Positions 1-13,671 of a DNA stretch of 64,000 nt are shown in pieces (within the stretch, counting starts at the first letter, position 1; each line of letters opens with the position of its first letter). Origin of the DNA: Bigelowiella natans CCMP2755 (lineage: Eukaryota; Protista; Cercozoa); the NCBI GenBank assembly GCA_000320545.1, contig ADNK01001278.1, forward strand, positions 1 to 64,000, written 5' to 3'. The notes beneath the pieces are model-generated. The model was given only the letters and a program-made list of their open reading frames with translations. It was not told the origin of the DNA and ran no database searches. The translations under genes and the position numbers were made by a program.

Positions 1-1600
1 AAAGTCCACGGATGCAACTTGCACACCCCCTTCAAACAGGGACATATTCCCAAGGGCAGGGATCAATTCATCGTCATAGATCCTTACTGGTTTGGGGTCC
101 AGTGTCTCCCCCCATATTGTGAAAGTATCCATCAGTAATGTTGCCCAAGAGATCTCGCTCTGCTGAGGACTCCCAGTATAGGACTAGGTGGTCTAAGATC
201 CCCTCGTAGAGTTGTGGTTGTTTCCAAACATCACAGTCCCCTGAATTTGTTTCGCTCTCGAAGATTCTGGCATGGCTGAGATGTTCCTATCTCCCCCCCC
301 GAGCAGTCGAACACATGAGAGAAAGAGAACAAAAAGGGGACGATAACAGGGGGGGAGGGGGTAGGGAGGGAGGGAGGGAGGGAGAGAGAGATGATGAAAC
401 AAGGGCATTATACGTAAAAATAGAAGAGAAGCCAGCAAGAAACGGGCAGAGACAAGAAAATGAAGAACAAAACAAAATCTTTTGCGCTAGGAGAGATTTT
501 GGCGAACAGACTCACCGTTTGCCGCGCTTCTAGCAGCGTCTTTAGCGCGCTTGCGAAGTTCTCCGTTCTTTCTCGCAGCGATTTCGGTTTCTTGGTGAGC
601 GGCTTCACAGCAACTCCTTCCGCGAGGAATATTGCCTCGGCCAACAAGAGCTGGATTTTAATTTTTATTTCAGTATAGACTTTGCTTAAAAGGCAGAGGG
701 TTTGTTGCGTCTGATATAGATAGTATGTGCGTGCCACTACTCATGCTCCGTTGTCGTTGAACGACGAATGAGCACACGAAGTGATAAGTACAGATACACA
801 CCCCTTTTTGGAAATCCCTCCTGAAATTCATCACGTTCCATGCGCGTGCCTAAGTAGAGCCAGCAGAAGAACAAAATGCAGCAATCAGCGCCTTACCACT
901 AATGCCTTCTCTTTGGGAATAACGGCTATTGGTTCGGGCATGAGCCCTTCACGTCTCAATATTCTCTTCTCCTCTCAACAACTTCTTAGTGGCATGCATT
1001 GGGTCGTGCAGTTTGTTCGTGCACTTGGACGGTGGAAGGAGGGGAAGGGAGGGGGGGAGAAAGAGAGAGGGAGAGAGACAGAACAATAGTCGGCAATTTG
1101 TCACAACTGCTGTTAATGGGTGTAGTAGTAGCTATGCTCTTGTTTGCTCTCAATTCCAACGCATATGCATGCACATTGTTCGCCGATATACCGGCCGTTT
1201 GCCTCGAGGGGGTGATTTATGGTGACCAGTCGCCCTGATGACGGCAATAGGATCACGACGAATGATACGCTGTTGCTGCGTACGCTCCGCTTACATTACG
1301 ACGACATGTATCTTACTTATTGTGTCGTAATGTGTGGCGTCATTTGTCTATTCTGTATCCTGAATGAAAGTCTCACTACTACTGCTGCTGCTGCTGCTGT
1401 TACACTTGTAGGCGGGCTGGTTTTGCGTGCTACCTTAGATTACTAGGATAGTCGACCGGAACGTCCTTTTTGTAGTAGTTTCTCATACCACGAACCCCAA
1501 GGCTCTGGTAATAAGAAAAAGACTCATTCAGGTTCACATCTCCATTTGTAATAAGAAAAAGACTCATTCAGGTTCACATCTCCATTTTACTCTCTCTCCT

Positions 1601-1641
<41 letters not shown>

Positions 1642-1758
1642 CCTCTCTAATCTTCCCCCACCCTCATCCCCTCGCTATTCTCATCTACGGGGCACTAACA
1701 TCAAGCCAATTGAGTATGCTGGCAGCATCTAAGGCCACGTCTTCATGCCATCTGGGAT

Positions 1759-1796
<38 letters not shown>

Positions 1797-2214
1797 CGCA
1801 TCTTCCGTCATTGTATGAGGCTGGAGAGAGGACAGTCAACGGTTCTTTGGTTTCTCTTCCTAGACGTCCAGTAATAGTATTACTATAGCAAGGATAGTGC
1901 CAACAAAAATACGAAACAAATGATGCCTCAAAGAAGGCAGTAATTAGTGAGAGAGAGAGGGGGGGGGAGTACTCCGAAGTCCTTCGCCTCTTCCGTTCCG
2001 CAGTTGTGTGTCGTCTCGGGGTTATTGTTGTTGTTGTTTCATTAACATTCTTGCTCGTTATCATGCCGTGAGAAGGAGGATACAGAGTTTCTTTGTTCTA
2101 AGATAACAACAACAACGAAGAAGGAGGAACGGGCGGCGATAAACGGACCATGTGCAGATATAGATGATGCGATGAAAATTAATTATATCCATGAAGCAAC
2201 AATGCTCTTTTCTG

Positions 2215-2257
<43 letters not shown>

Positions 2258-5200
2258 TTTCCTCTAGCTCACTATCAATGCATGCGTGATGGGAAAGATG
2301 CACACGTATTACGCTTGGGAGGAGAAAGTTGGGAGGGGGGCTGCTATGAACCCCACGTATCATCTTTGTTGTTGTTTCTGCTAGGAGGTTGTCTTCCTCT
2401 CCTCCCGCAAAATGATATCTGCCAACTTTGTACTTGCTCTCGTCTTTCGAGGAGGCTCGCCCCCCGATCTCCTTTGCATCTGGTAGCTTCGACTTGGAGG
2501 AGGCGGAGGAGGAGGAGGATAAATAATCCCCGGGCTGCTCAGCAGAATGATACGGCCCAATATTATGATAAACATCTACCATCAGTATCGCAACGCAACG
2601 CAAAGAAGAACTCGCTTGTCACCGCATATTCACAAAACAACTCACACTTCGCGATACAATGAATATCCGAAATGTAATGGACCCTAGAAGAATAACCCCC
2701 TCCTTGCCTCCTTCCTTCCCCAACGTTCAGCTAATACGGGAATGTGTATTCATCGTGAAACCACCACCAAAACCACCTGTGTTTTGAAGGACGAAGATAG
2801 ATTCGGCCTCGGTCTCGGTCCCCAAGCGCTCATCACGGTGCTTGAGCTCTGCCTTCTGCTCGTCGCTGCTGCGGTCCTCCTCTTGGTCGCTTTGGAAAGA
2901 GTAGAAGTGGAAGAGGAGGGAGAACCAGAGAACTTGTAGTAGAGGGAATTGGCCCTGCTGCCTAGTCTCTTTTTCTCAGCTGCTCCGCCGCTGAAGGCTC
3001 TCCCCTGCAGCTGCCCTACGACAACATCGCCACCATTTGTGCGGCTAGGAGGGGACTTCCAATCTGCAGAAACTGATGATTGTCTGGGTGATGATATTGA
3101 GCTATTCTCTTTGTGCTTAGAAGATGATGATGGTAAAACCACCTCAAACGGCCCCATATCACCACTATCGCCGCTGCATTCATTACTGTGTTGTCCAAAT
3201 TTTCTAACGACGTAATTCCGGTAGTAGGACGCGTCGAAACCGCCACGTTGGCTCCCTCGTTCCTGGTGGGAAGGCGCTTTTCGAACATTGTGAATGCTCT
3301 TTGCTGTTGTTGTTGTTGTTGTTGTTGTTGTCCGTGTTCTTGTTGTTGACAAAGATGGTCGTTCTGACGTAGCTGCTCCACCAATGTGTACTTCCTCGGA
3401 ATGATGTCGCGGAGCCAACTCTGGGGGGTCTAACTTTTTCTTTCTCTCTCGCCTGTTCTTCGTGGGATCAGCCTTAGTGCAGACTTCCTTCCATCGAGCC
3501 GTCGATGTATTCCCAGTGTTCTTTTCCTTCCTCTCATTCTTCTTCTTCTTCTTCTTCTTCTCCATCATCTTCTTCTTCCGGCCTAGCGCTTGCTCTCCTC
3601 TTTGTGGTTCCAATTCTTCTTCTTCTTGTAGTTGATTTCGCTGCTGACCCAGTAGAAGGTCGACCAGAGGTGGGGAAGAAGGGGTGGGGGAAAAAGACAA
3701 GATGGGTCTTCTCTCACTGCCAACAATGTGCGAATCAGACTCCACGCTGTTATGGCGACGCTGAGAAAAAGGTAAAGATGAAGCTCACAACGATACATAT
3801 GATTTGATTTGTGCTACTGAATGATGTTGGTTCTTTATTTTTCGCACTCTCTTATGTCAGTAGTTGTCGTACCATAAACAGCTCAGGAGGCGCTATTGGC
3901 ACAGGCACCTATGATCACAATCGTGAGACAAAAGCAATACTCACATCTTGCAAAATATCGAAGCATTCCAACGCATAATATTTCCTTACCGGCGAAGGCA
4001 AGATATCGTCGCCATCGTCGCCGTGATAGGGGGGGGGGGGGGGGGGTCTTCGGAGAACAAAGCTATGATGGTCGCTGCTCCGTATTCTTTCAATTGGAGA
4101 AAGACCTGCTGCAGCCTTTGCCAGAGAAGAAACATCAGTGCCACCACTGTTGGGAATGCTTGAAGGGGGGCTCTTGCGGGAGGGGGGTAGATGGGAGGAG
4201 TTTGGATTGATGATTGCGTCATTCTCGTCGCACCTGATGAGGAACAACAAGGGAAAAGTTACAGAAGAAATACTATAACATTATTCGACAATTTTGTCCC
4301 GACAAGCAACTCACCAATTGAGAAGCTCTCCCATGCTCAGGTTCTTGACCTCCATGCTTTTATCCAACTGCTTGATTGCAAGCCTCTGCTTCTGCTGCTG
4401 CTGATTCGGTAGTGGCGGTGGTGGTGGTGATGCTGGGGCTAGAGGAGTGAAAGATTGGGAAAAGAGCTGCTTTTGTGAGAATCGAGCAGCTACTGAGCGA
4501 CGGGAGGGTTCTACGATAGTTCCTGCAGGGCCTTCAGGAAGTTGTCCGGCGGGTGGGGACACGACATTCATTGGAGAGGAGAAGGAGGAGGGGGCGGCGG
4601 AAATACGCTTCTGACCATTCTTTTGGCTGTTTGTATTTTGAGGGCCGTCGCGCACAATATCGTCATAGTGCCGATAGTATATTTTGTGGAGATATGTTAA
4701 AATCGTCAATGTACTGTCCAGATGGCCCTGAACAACAGGGGAAGGAGAGCGCACCATTAGAAAATCGAGATGAATGTTATCTTTCTGCGTTTTCACACAC
4801 ACACGCACACACGCAAACATACATACATAAATGTTTTCTATAGATGAAACATACTCTTTCAGCGAATATGAGCGTCTTATCCAAGGTGACCGGGAAAGGT
4901 GTTACAAGCGAAAAGCACGTCAGAATCTAGAGATGATATCGCAGAGAAGTTTCAAGATTTAATGAAATAGCCGAAGCATCTTTCTGCAATAATGAAAGAA
5001 TTACATCTTGGAGAGACCCCGAGGAAAGCAAATGCGATTTAGTTGCCATCATGCGGACACCGTCGATGTCTTTAATATCTGAGCAACATGCATGCATGGA
5101 GCACGGGGGGGGGACACACAATAGTACACCAGAATAGACATAGAGAATAAGATCAAGAGTAGGGAGTTTTGTGATTATCCTAACCCTAACAATCCCAGGT

Positions 5201-5820
5201 AGGCATGGCATTATACGCATGAAACATACTATGTACCAGAATACACCGAACTTAGAACATGATGGCTGATATCCTGAAATGCAACAAATTTAGCAGTAAT
5301 GAGAGAATGTAATCGTTTAGGGTACATATTGGGAAGGGGAAGGGGAAGATAATCATAGAGATAGCCTAGTTATCAAAGCTAGATGAAATTTTCCTTCCCG
5401 TGCTATCCTGGAAGATAAATGAGAGGAATACCGTAAGAAATGAAGAGTCAATTTGGGCCAGGCTCTGCAGCCGTTTACCACGATAGGTCCGCTCGATAGG
5501 CAGCGAACCAACCCATTCTAGAACACTCTATCACCACAAAGTAAGAATGATGTCAATTGGAGAGCGATTTCGAGGCGATGTAGATCCTTCACCTTCGCGA
5601 TTGCAGCTTTCATGTACCAGAGTTAGGTTGGTGTCCCCGAGCTTATTTGTTGTATTGAACGAAGATTCTTTCTTGTGCGGCGATGATGAGGAAGAATTAT
5701 CAGTCCTAAGAACATTTGAAGGAGTTTCAAAGCCCTTCCGCGCTTAGAGCATGCAGTTGACGGCTGCCCATTCCTCCATCGCCTCTCGATAGTGGACACG
5801 ACCGTTGTGTCTTCATCTTG
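1..5820 (-). CDS. Large multi-exon hypothetical protein, 3' part runs off the window start; exon structure only partly resolved
   Basis: Minus-strand exon-like segments bounded by GT/AG: EHLSHARIFESETNSGDCDVWKQPQLYEGILDHLVLYWE (~1-287), IFLAEGVAVKPLTKKPKSLRERTENFASALKTLLEARQ (~510-650), ERKRILRREGLMPEPIAVIPKEKALV (~897-985), long low-complexity ORFs 2750-3745 and 4311-4730, ILTCFSLVTPFPVTLDKTLIFAER (~4855-4927). No domain recognised; could be more than one gene. Confidence 0.5.
1508..1587. repeat. Perfect 40-bp tandem duplication inside an intron
   Basis: gtaataagaaaaagactcattcaggttcacatctccattt occurs at 1508-1547 and 1548-1587. Confidence 0.95.
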
Positions 5821-6190
5821 AAACTTAGCTCAGGCATCGAGTTGATCGCTACGACAGCAAGATTTAGTTGTCGCAGGAGGTAAAAAATATGGTTTTTGTT
5901 ATTACATTGAGCACAATTTAATACCTGTGTCTTTCAGTAATTGTGGATTAATATCATTGTCGCAATATGAAAATGAAATATATTTTCTCGAGTTTTCTGC
6001 ACAACCGGTCCGTCGGCACTCCCCTCCGCTCGGAAGCCACCGCGGTGGGTCAATCTTTCTCTTTCTCATTTCTGCCGAGCCGAGATTGCTGATTGGGGAG
6101 GTTTTGTTTCTGATGATGAGTGCACAATTCTAACGCTCTCAGGTCATTCGAGTACCCCCCAAAACAAGTCATCCAAACAAGTCATCGGCA

Positions 6191-7414
6191 ATGAGCGTGA
6201 GTACATACATAAAGCTACATCTTGGCGTTACGCTACTTGACGCTGTCAAAGACGACAAACACTTTAGCGACAGCGCGCAGACTCAACTTACCCAAGTCAG
6301 AAAATTCGCACACCAGGCAAAGAACAAAGTTTCGAAAAGGCTGTTCACCAGTTCTGGTAAGGAGGATCAACAAAAAAAGTTCATCCTGATGATCCTTCAA
6401 AAAGCATTCAACAACATTGCGGAGGCCGAATGCGAGCTACTAAGCCCTACCGAGTTCCAAGAAGTGCACACTCGGCTCTTGCGTGTTCTCGCTATGGCAT
6501 CGACTTCAAAGGGAGAGAGGGAATTCAAGACATCTAAAACTAAGTTAATCGAGCACGAAGTTTCGAAACCCGTGACCAAGCTGCAAGCCCAGGCTTCCCC
6601 GCCAAGCTCTCCGCCTAAGTCTTTTTCAACGAACTCTTATGCCCCCCCTACGCCTAGCAAGACGTCGTTTGGTGTCATTGGGGATTTTATCTCGTCCATC
6701 GCCAAAGTCACAACTAAAATATCAAATTCCGATGTTCCACAAAGTAAAACTAAACCAACAGGAGAGCTGAGTGCATCCCACTCAAAAGTCACCACCGACG
6801 ATTATGATGAATGGAGTCGAAGAGAATTGCGCAGTGCCGCCAAAGGAGGAAAATTGAAAGAGTATGGAGTCAACGGAAATTCCTCTTCAAGTGATATCAG
6901 AAAAGCTCTTGCCGCCAGCAACAAGCAAGATGACTTTGATGAATGGACTCGAACTGAATTGCGCAGTGCCGCTAAGGGAGGAAAATTGAAAGCGTATGGA
7001 GTCAATGGAAATTCCACCTCAGATGCCATCAGAAGAGCTCTCAGGATGAAAAGAAAAGACAAAGGTTTCCAAAGCTCTAAATCTTCATGGTGCTCCGACG
7101 CTAAATATGAGTATGAAAATTCCACTTCAAGTCCTGTCAACAATGCAGACTTCAACCAATGGAGTCGAAGAGAATTGCGCAGTGCCGCCAAAGGAGGAAA
7201 ATTGAAAGAGTATGGAGTCAACGGAAATTCCTCTTCAAGTGATATCAGAAAAGCTCTTGCCGCCAGCAACAAGCAAGATGACTTTGATGAATGGACTCGA
7301 ACTGAATTGCGCAGTGCCGCTAAGGGAGGAAAATTGAAAGCGTATGGAGTAAATGGAAATTCCACCTCAGAAGCCATCAGAAGAGCTCTTAGGAGGCAAG
7401 CCAATGGATTTTAA
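6191..7414 (+). CDS. 407-aa protein, uninterrupted CDS, with four SAP/HeH-like helix-extension-helix repeats
   Basis: Single ORF with four copies of (D/N)xW(S/T)RxELRSAAKGGKLKxYGVNGNSxSxxIRxAL, resembling the LxRxELQxLAKxxGVKANxKxxxIIxAL SAP-like motif. Probable 5'-UTR intron at ~6101-6142 (gttttg...ctaac...ctctcag). Confidence 0.85.
   Translation: MSVSTYIKLHLGVTLLDAVKDDKHFSDSAQTQLTQVRKFAHQAKNKVSKRLFTSSGKEDQQKKFILMILQKAFNNIAEAECELLSPTEFQEVHTRLLRVLAMASTSKGEREFKTSKTKLIEHEVSKPVTKLQAQASPPSSPPKSFSTNSYAPPTPSKTSFGVIGDFISSIAKVTTKISNSDVPQSKTKPTGELSASHSKVTTDDYDEWSRRELRSAAKGGKLKEYGVNGNSSSSDIRKALAASNKQDDFDEWTRTELRSAAKGGKLKAYGVNGNSTSDAIRRALRMKRKDKGFQSSKSSWCSDAKYEYENSTSSPVNNADFNQWSRRELRSAAKGGKLKEYGVNGNSSSSDIRKALAASNKQDDFDEWTRTELRSAAKGGKLKAYGVNGNSTSEAIRRALRRQANGF
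6810..7394 (+). repeat. Near-identical ~236-bp intragenic duplication (6810-7045 vs 7158-7393, offset 348 bp)
   Basis: By-eye alignment shows about 3 mismatches (gtc/gta, gat/gaa, ctc/ctt); each copy encodes two SAP-like units. Confidence 0.9.
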
Positions 7415-7619
7415 GTCAGCGTAAGCAGCAAGCTCTAGAAGCTCAAGCTGACTGCTTAGGCCCAACAAGAGTGCGAGCAACGTGCGGATCACACGGAGCT
7501 GGTCATGACACTTATATTGCTACAATTTTTTTTAAAAATCGAAATCATGAGATACACATGTCTCGCTTGTGCGTGTGTGCGCGCAAACACATGTGTACCA
7601 ATGTCTTCATGTCTAGCTA

Positions 7620-8258
7620 GCTAGATGTGTGCATTTTTTGCGCGCACACGTGGTCTTTCATTTCTGCATTCGCACCAAAAAAATCCATTTAGATGTTCTT
7701 TGATCCACTGCACGTGCACTGAGTTAAACATGAGTGATGTGCACGCATGAGAGACGTTTGTCTCTCGTGATCTGTGCATTGCCCAGATCGATCACAATCT
7801 TCCAATGGCTTTCATGACAAAAACGTGAGAGTTCGTTCAATTTTCACAAGTTTCAACAAGCTGATGCAGAAGTAGCGCTGTCTAGCTGTGGCATCGGGCC
7901 ACAAAATACATGAAACATGCAAAAAACTCACATGGAAGCCAAAACCCTGTACGTGAAGTTTTTTGATGCACTTTTCATTTTGCTGCATCATAGAAACAGT
8001 GATGTTGCATGCACATCGTGCATGTCGTGTCACATTGTCTGCAATGAAAAACATGTCACAAATTGGCCACAATCTGCAGGTTTGCAATTTTCAATGCATC
8101 ATCAGCTGCTTTGTGCACAATGGACTCGTTGCAACGCACGCATTCTATCGCATCATCATCATCATCATCATCAACAACAACAACAACAACAATCATCATT
8201 GTGTGCATTTGTGCGAAGCGATTTCATTGATCACTTGCAATTCTGGTGATTTTTTTGT

Positions 8259-8270
<12 letters not shown>
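7620..8270. other. TpA-depleted, CpA/TpG-rich intergenic tract
   Basis: Most 60-nt lines have 0-1 TA despite AT-rich composition; (CTAG)3 at ~7613-7624. Confidence 0.75.
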
Positions 8271-8303
<33 letters not shown>

Positions 8304-8815
8304 GAGAGAGATAAATACTGATTGTGATGTCCATTCGTCCTATGACCCGTAGCAGCCAACGCACAGAAAACAATGCACAGCACCGATGCAGCCCCCATGG
8401 GAGACGTGGTTCTCGTGCGTGTCACGTGATTCAATGAACAATGATGATCAACTACATTCAAAATGCAATTCAAACAACCAGAAAAAAAAGCCGATAAATT
8501 ATATTCCAAATCCCATCGGAGACATTTCCGAAGAATTATTTCTTTATTAAAAAATAATTAAATAAATAATAATTCGGTGATTCCAAATACAAATGAATCC
8601 GATGCGAGCTTCACCTCGTTGCGCTATTCGCCCCCTACCGAGCTAACCCACGCCTCCGTTGTACTTTCTTCGATGTCTGAGGTAAACATCTGCATCATCG
8701 CCGCCAAAGTCTCACATTTGTTACTTTGCCGGGCGTGTTCCCGGCTTAGCCCTTATGCTAAGTCGGCGTCAAACCCCGGCTAGATTAGAAAAAGGCACAA
8801 GCTAATGTCTGGCAG

Positions 8816-9427
8816 ATGAGAGCCTCTCCCTCTCTTCTTGTCCTGTGCTGTTCCAACAACACCCTGAACATCACCTGTGCCTTCCGTTCCATGTAATTTC
8901 CTGCCTGTCTCTTCTTGGCCGTCTTTTCTTCGTGGCTGTGTTGTCGCGCTCTGATTCTTTTTTGGGGGGTTCAACAGATATCTCGAACAAAACAAGATCG
9001 TCCACAGGTCTGCCCCTGCTTATAAGAGCTCATCTTTCAGATGCTGTAAAGAGTACATGATCTAAGAATCAGTCAATTTGTCGCACGTATCGTGTGTGCC
9101 CGTAAGGTTAGCATTTGTTTCTTTTCATAAGCTAACTGAAACATGTAGTAGTAGTAGTTTCTGGCAGTAGCTATCTGCCACGGTCCACACCCCCCTTATG
9201 GTGATGGTCTGTCCAAGCACTGCCAAGAAAGAAAGCTTCTTCATAGGAAGCTGCACGGGCTGGAGTAAAATCCTACGTGTCCGTGTGGTGCCAACAAGAT
9301 TCTGACATTTCTTGCCCTCTAATGATTAAGTGTAATCCTTAATAATACCTTTTAATAAGCTGTTCTGAATTGCGTTGATCCCTCAGGTTTCTCCAGGACC
9401 AAAAGCAAATTTACACCCTGATATAGT
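8816..9427 (+). CDS. Possible small multi-exon gene with an ankyrin-like motif
   Basis: Exon-like pieces LSATVHTPLM / EAARAGVKSYVSVW / FLQDQKQIYTLI* joined by GT-AG introns; TPLMEAARAG resembles an ankyrin repeat start. Start uncertain. Confidence 0.3.
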
Positions 9428-10261
9428 AAGAGGATTTTCATATTGAAGAGTTATCTTGGTTGCAGTTTGGTGCGATGTACATTATTATATGTTTGCGGTG
9501 TAACAAAAATTGAATGTGCTCGTCTTATCGTGCATCGTTCAAATGGTGAATAATGAAAAACATTTATTGTCACACAAATGAATATAGCCTTAAAATTTTA
9601 CAAATTACCACCACATATGCATGCACACCTGCCGTCAAATGTGCCGCTCAATGAACAGCTGCGCATGCGACTCGATGCTTTTATGCATAGTATGATCAAT
9701 TTAGCTGCACAATGCCTTTGCATGTACTGGGATACAGCACATGCATATATGCATGTGCACCATATATGTATTTCTTGTTAAATAAGCGGCTGCGTGTACT
9801 TGATTTCACAGCATGCGCAATGATGCAATGATCGACATATAGTCTTTATTTGAGTGCGCTAGGCCAGCTAGCGCTAGATGCGGCCTATGATATGCATGTG
9901 CTAGTGTTATAGTGTGTTGAAAAGTCAGGCGGCACGGGGCACATATAGTGACAGGTGTAAGCGTCACTAGCTATAGATGATATCCGTCTTACGTAAAATT
10001 ACGACAGATAGCTATTTAGGCGCGCACGCCGCGCCACGTACACGAGTTGCAGCTAGGCGTAGGCAGCATCCATAGCATCGCAGCATGCTAGCGCACCAGC
10101 AGCATGTGCATGCTAGCATCTACAGCATGTTTACATTTATTGCCACGCGTATGTGTTGAAGTATTTATAGTGAAATATCCGAAGCAGCAGGGGTATAATT
10201 TGACTTTTAAAAATGTAAGACATTAATTAAAGATCCTATCTGGGTGTTATCATCGGCCTGT

Positions 10262-10984
10262 CTATCTTCGCATCTTGAACCTAGGTCGGGGGTCCTCCTT
10301 CACATTGAAAAAGCAGAATTAGCGCAGTAATGTCAAATTCGTATGCGACTCGTATGACTGAACGTGTACTTTCATATGAACAAACTGGGAGAGAGAGTTT
10401 ATATGGTATGCCATCGCCAGACCTCATCTTTCTTTCTATCTCCCTTCCATCCATCATTATCATCATCATCATCATCATCCTTCAACATTGCGTTTTACCT
10501 CCAGAGTTGTTTCGAGAACACCGAGTCGCGCTAGATCATATTCTATTACCTATAAGCGTGAGGGGAAGGGGACATGAAGGAAAACATGGGATTAAAGAGA
10601 GAATAGTTCACTTGTTAGATTGGCAGCAGGAAGCCATGTGTTTTAAGGGTAGTCATCATGCTCTGCCTCTCGGAGTGTATATCTCGGCATCAGTGTTATG
10701 AGTGTAGGAAAGTTTTCACTGATCACCCTCATCATCACCACCACCACCACCAACACCAACGGGAAGAAGCATCAAAGTGGTGAATAAGAAGGAGGACCTC
10801 AGAGGTTGTTTTAGGCCCATGAAAGGACTTAAGCTTTGCAAATTGTCCAATCACCTTGCCTCCATTATATACCTGTTGGTTCAACATCATTCCCATCATT
10901 CGCCATGTTGTTATTGTTATCACTCTTTCAACCCCGTCAGGAACAAAGACGAACGCAAATTCCTTCAATCCCAATAAGCATCAT

Positions 10985-11018
<34 letters not shown>

Positions 11019-13369
11019 TTTCCTCTTCTTCTTCTTCTTCTCCTTATTTTCCACAGCCAGCAGTTGGCTAGCAAGTGTACCATCAGAACAGGGCAGTCTT
11101 CCTTTGGAACCCCACTGGAGGAGGAGATAAAAGAGAATAATAAGAACCAAGATGAAAGACGACAAGAAGACGATGAAGACAACGTTAACAAATGAACTCA
11201 GTACAGATTTCTCTGGCTCGTCCACTTAAAAACCATTGTTTTTGCATCGCTTTTTGACAATTGAGCATGGCACTTACGCTGCGTCGGAGCAGGGCATCTT
11301 TACGAACGAAACCTATACCAAAATATCAATATTTTCCTCTAGCCTAGTTGAATTCAAATCATTTGGATTTTAAACGGCAAATCCGTCCATCAATTTTCTG
11401 ATTTCCGTGTCATAGAGCAACAGGAATGAAAGTGAAAAGGCTAGATGACCAAATCAACGAAGGAAAGACGACGAATATATTATATGGGGCAGACATGATA
11501 AGAGACCTTTGGAAATTTCGAAATAAGCGGCTTTAGCAGAGCAATCATTGTGTCACACTCTTTGCTACCACTGATTATGAGGAAGTGTTACGGGAAAACA
11601 GTTTATCTAAGGTGCATCGAGGAAAGTAGGAAATGATGAAACACGAAGGAAAAAGAAGAATTGCCACTACGATGTATCCAAAAACACATTTATAAGTGGT
11701 GGATACAGATATCAACAATATGGCGTGTTCTGTCGTCATCTAATGAAATAGAGATGAGAAACAGCTAACCTGAATAGCAGCATGATCACAGGGCTTTTCT
11801 GCGACTTCATCACAACCTTCTCTTTAAAGTCCTGTTTGTCAAAGTACCACAGCATCATCAGCATCATCATCATCATCATCATCATCACTATCATAACCAA
11901 GTCTCTGTTGTAAACACTATTTGCATTAATAGGCAGGAGAAAAATCACCAGCGAGATTAGCGTCTGGAGGTCCTCCTCCGAAGAGCTGTCTTCTCGTTCT
12001 TACAATAACGATGATGCACGCAAAACAGTGAATAATAAGCTGGGTGACAACAGAGTCACCCCAACCACCCTACCAAGGTTAGAGACTAGCATATCTCTAT
12101 GCCAGGGTGTTTAGAAAGGTAAATTTGTATGCTCCCTCCCCCCCCCTCCGTGAGTTTAGTCGAGGAGGAGGAGGAGGAGGAGGAGGAGGGAGGAGGAGGA
12201 GAATAGGGGGGTAATTAATCATGAACAACTACGAGACTCAATGACAAGGATGAAGACAGTGATTACAGGATATGTGTTGTTTACACTACTTTCTAGCTGT
12301 TGCGCCTTGTTCTTCATTTCGGAAATCCGCTGCTCTCTATATCTAGGGGAGGGGTGGCACAACAAAGGTGTGTGTATTCAGTGTGTTTGTTGTCTTGTAT
12401 ATTACACACCTTCTCAAGAACTCGTCATCATCCTCATCACTGTCTTCCTCCTCGTCGTCAGAGTTCCCATCCCTCTGAGCAGTAGTGGTATGCTTGCTCT
12501 TCCCCACATCATTATATTTCGATTTCCCCTGACATAATCAAGAACACAGGATCGCCAAAAAGCAACGATAGAATCAGTCTTCATTGAAAGCACGTGTTGC
12601 GGTCAAGAGCGACGACAGACATCGACAGAGATAAGACAGCAACAACACGAAGAGTGATGACAACCTTATTCTCCTTCTCTTGCCTCTCGAGGAATTTTTC
12701 GAGCACGTATTCGTCCGATTTCTCACTGGAAATTAAAACAAGCAGTGTTCATTGTATGAAGCAACCTTTTCGAGTGCTGTCAAGAGCGTGCTCCTTCCCC
12801 AGATATTGTGTATAGTATTAGGCTATGTCGAGAGGCGTCTATCGAAAAGAGTACCAATCCGTAGGGGGGGGTGCTTCCTTCAAACCATGCGCGATGAGAC
12901 CATCCTGCGGGACACAATTGCCAGCAGTAATCGTTGTCAATATTTGCTAAGAGTTAGTTTGTCCTTCTTCTCTTCACTAAGGAGAATATATGCTGTCTAC
13001 CTCCCACACGGTCTTGCCACGTTCTTCCGTGAATTCGCTGCAGTGAGCACATAGGCGGACGAATGAGTTAAGTCTTTTGTTCGAACACCAGATTTATGGT
13101 GTAATGTTGGAGAAAGAAGAAAAACTTTCAGATAATGATGACATACCCATTCCACTGGCTGTCCTCTTCGATCGGGCCCTCTATCCCCTTCAGCTGCCTC
13201 ATCATCTTTGCCTGTACCAATCAAAAACTAAGTTTGAAGGTCTTTTCTTCTTCCTTTTTTCCCTTCTCCCTCAAGTCGCTCTCACGTGCCAATGAGCTAC
13301 CTGCGAGGGGCCATTCTCGAATCCTTCATTGGACGAGGTCGGAGCATTCTGCATTGTGTATTCCGCCAT
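10262..13369 (-). CDS. Phosducin-like protein (PDCL2/PDCL3/Plp2 type, thioredoxin fold)
   Basis: Spliced exons: MAEYTMQNAP..; GEFTEERGKTVWE/DGLIAHGLKEAPPP; DSDEDDDEFLRR/YREQRISEMKNKA; DFKEKVVMKSQKSPVIMLLF; SKECDTMIALLKPLISKFPK/VSFVKM; PKEDCPVLM/VYNGGKVIGQF; VIEYDLARLGVLETTLE/EDPRPRFKMRR*. Confidence 0.88.
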
Positions 13370-13671
13370 TGCTACGAGCGAGGTTGCAGTGTGCGGGACG
13401 AAGGGCGGCCGCGGGTGCTCGTGGCTCGGGTCGGATGTGTGTCGGCTGGGAATATTTTAGGTTGAAATATATACCAACAATATCTTATGATTATGGGTTT
13501 AGGTGTTTGAATATTTTATATATTTTAGAAAATAAAAGCTAGATATCTTTAGCATTTTATATTTATTCATATGCCGAATCCAGTAAAACACTTACAACAA
13601 TCCCAATTTCGACGTGCCGGCCTCCTCTTGGGGGACCAAGTAGGGAACAACTAGGAGAAGGAGAACAAAGA

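Noticed and set aside
6802-7404. 200-aa minus-strand ORF
   Set aside because: Antisense shadow of the repetitive 407-aa gene.
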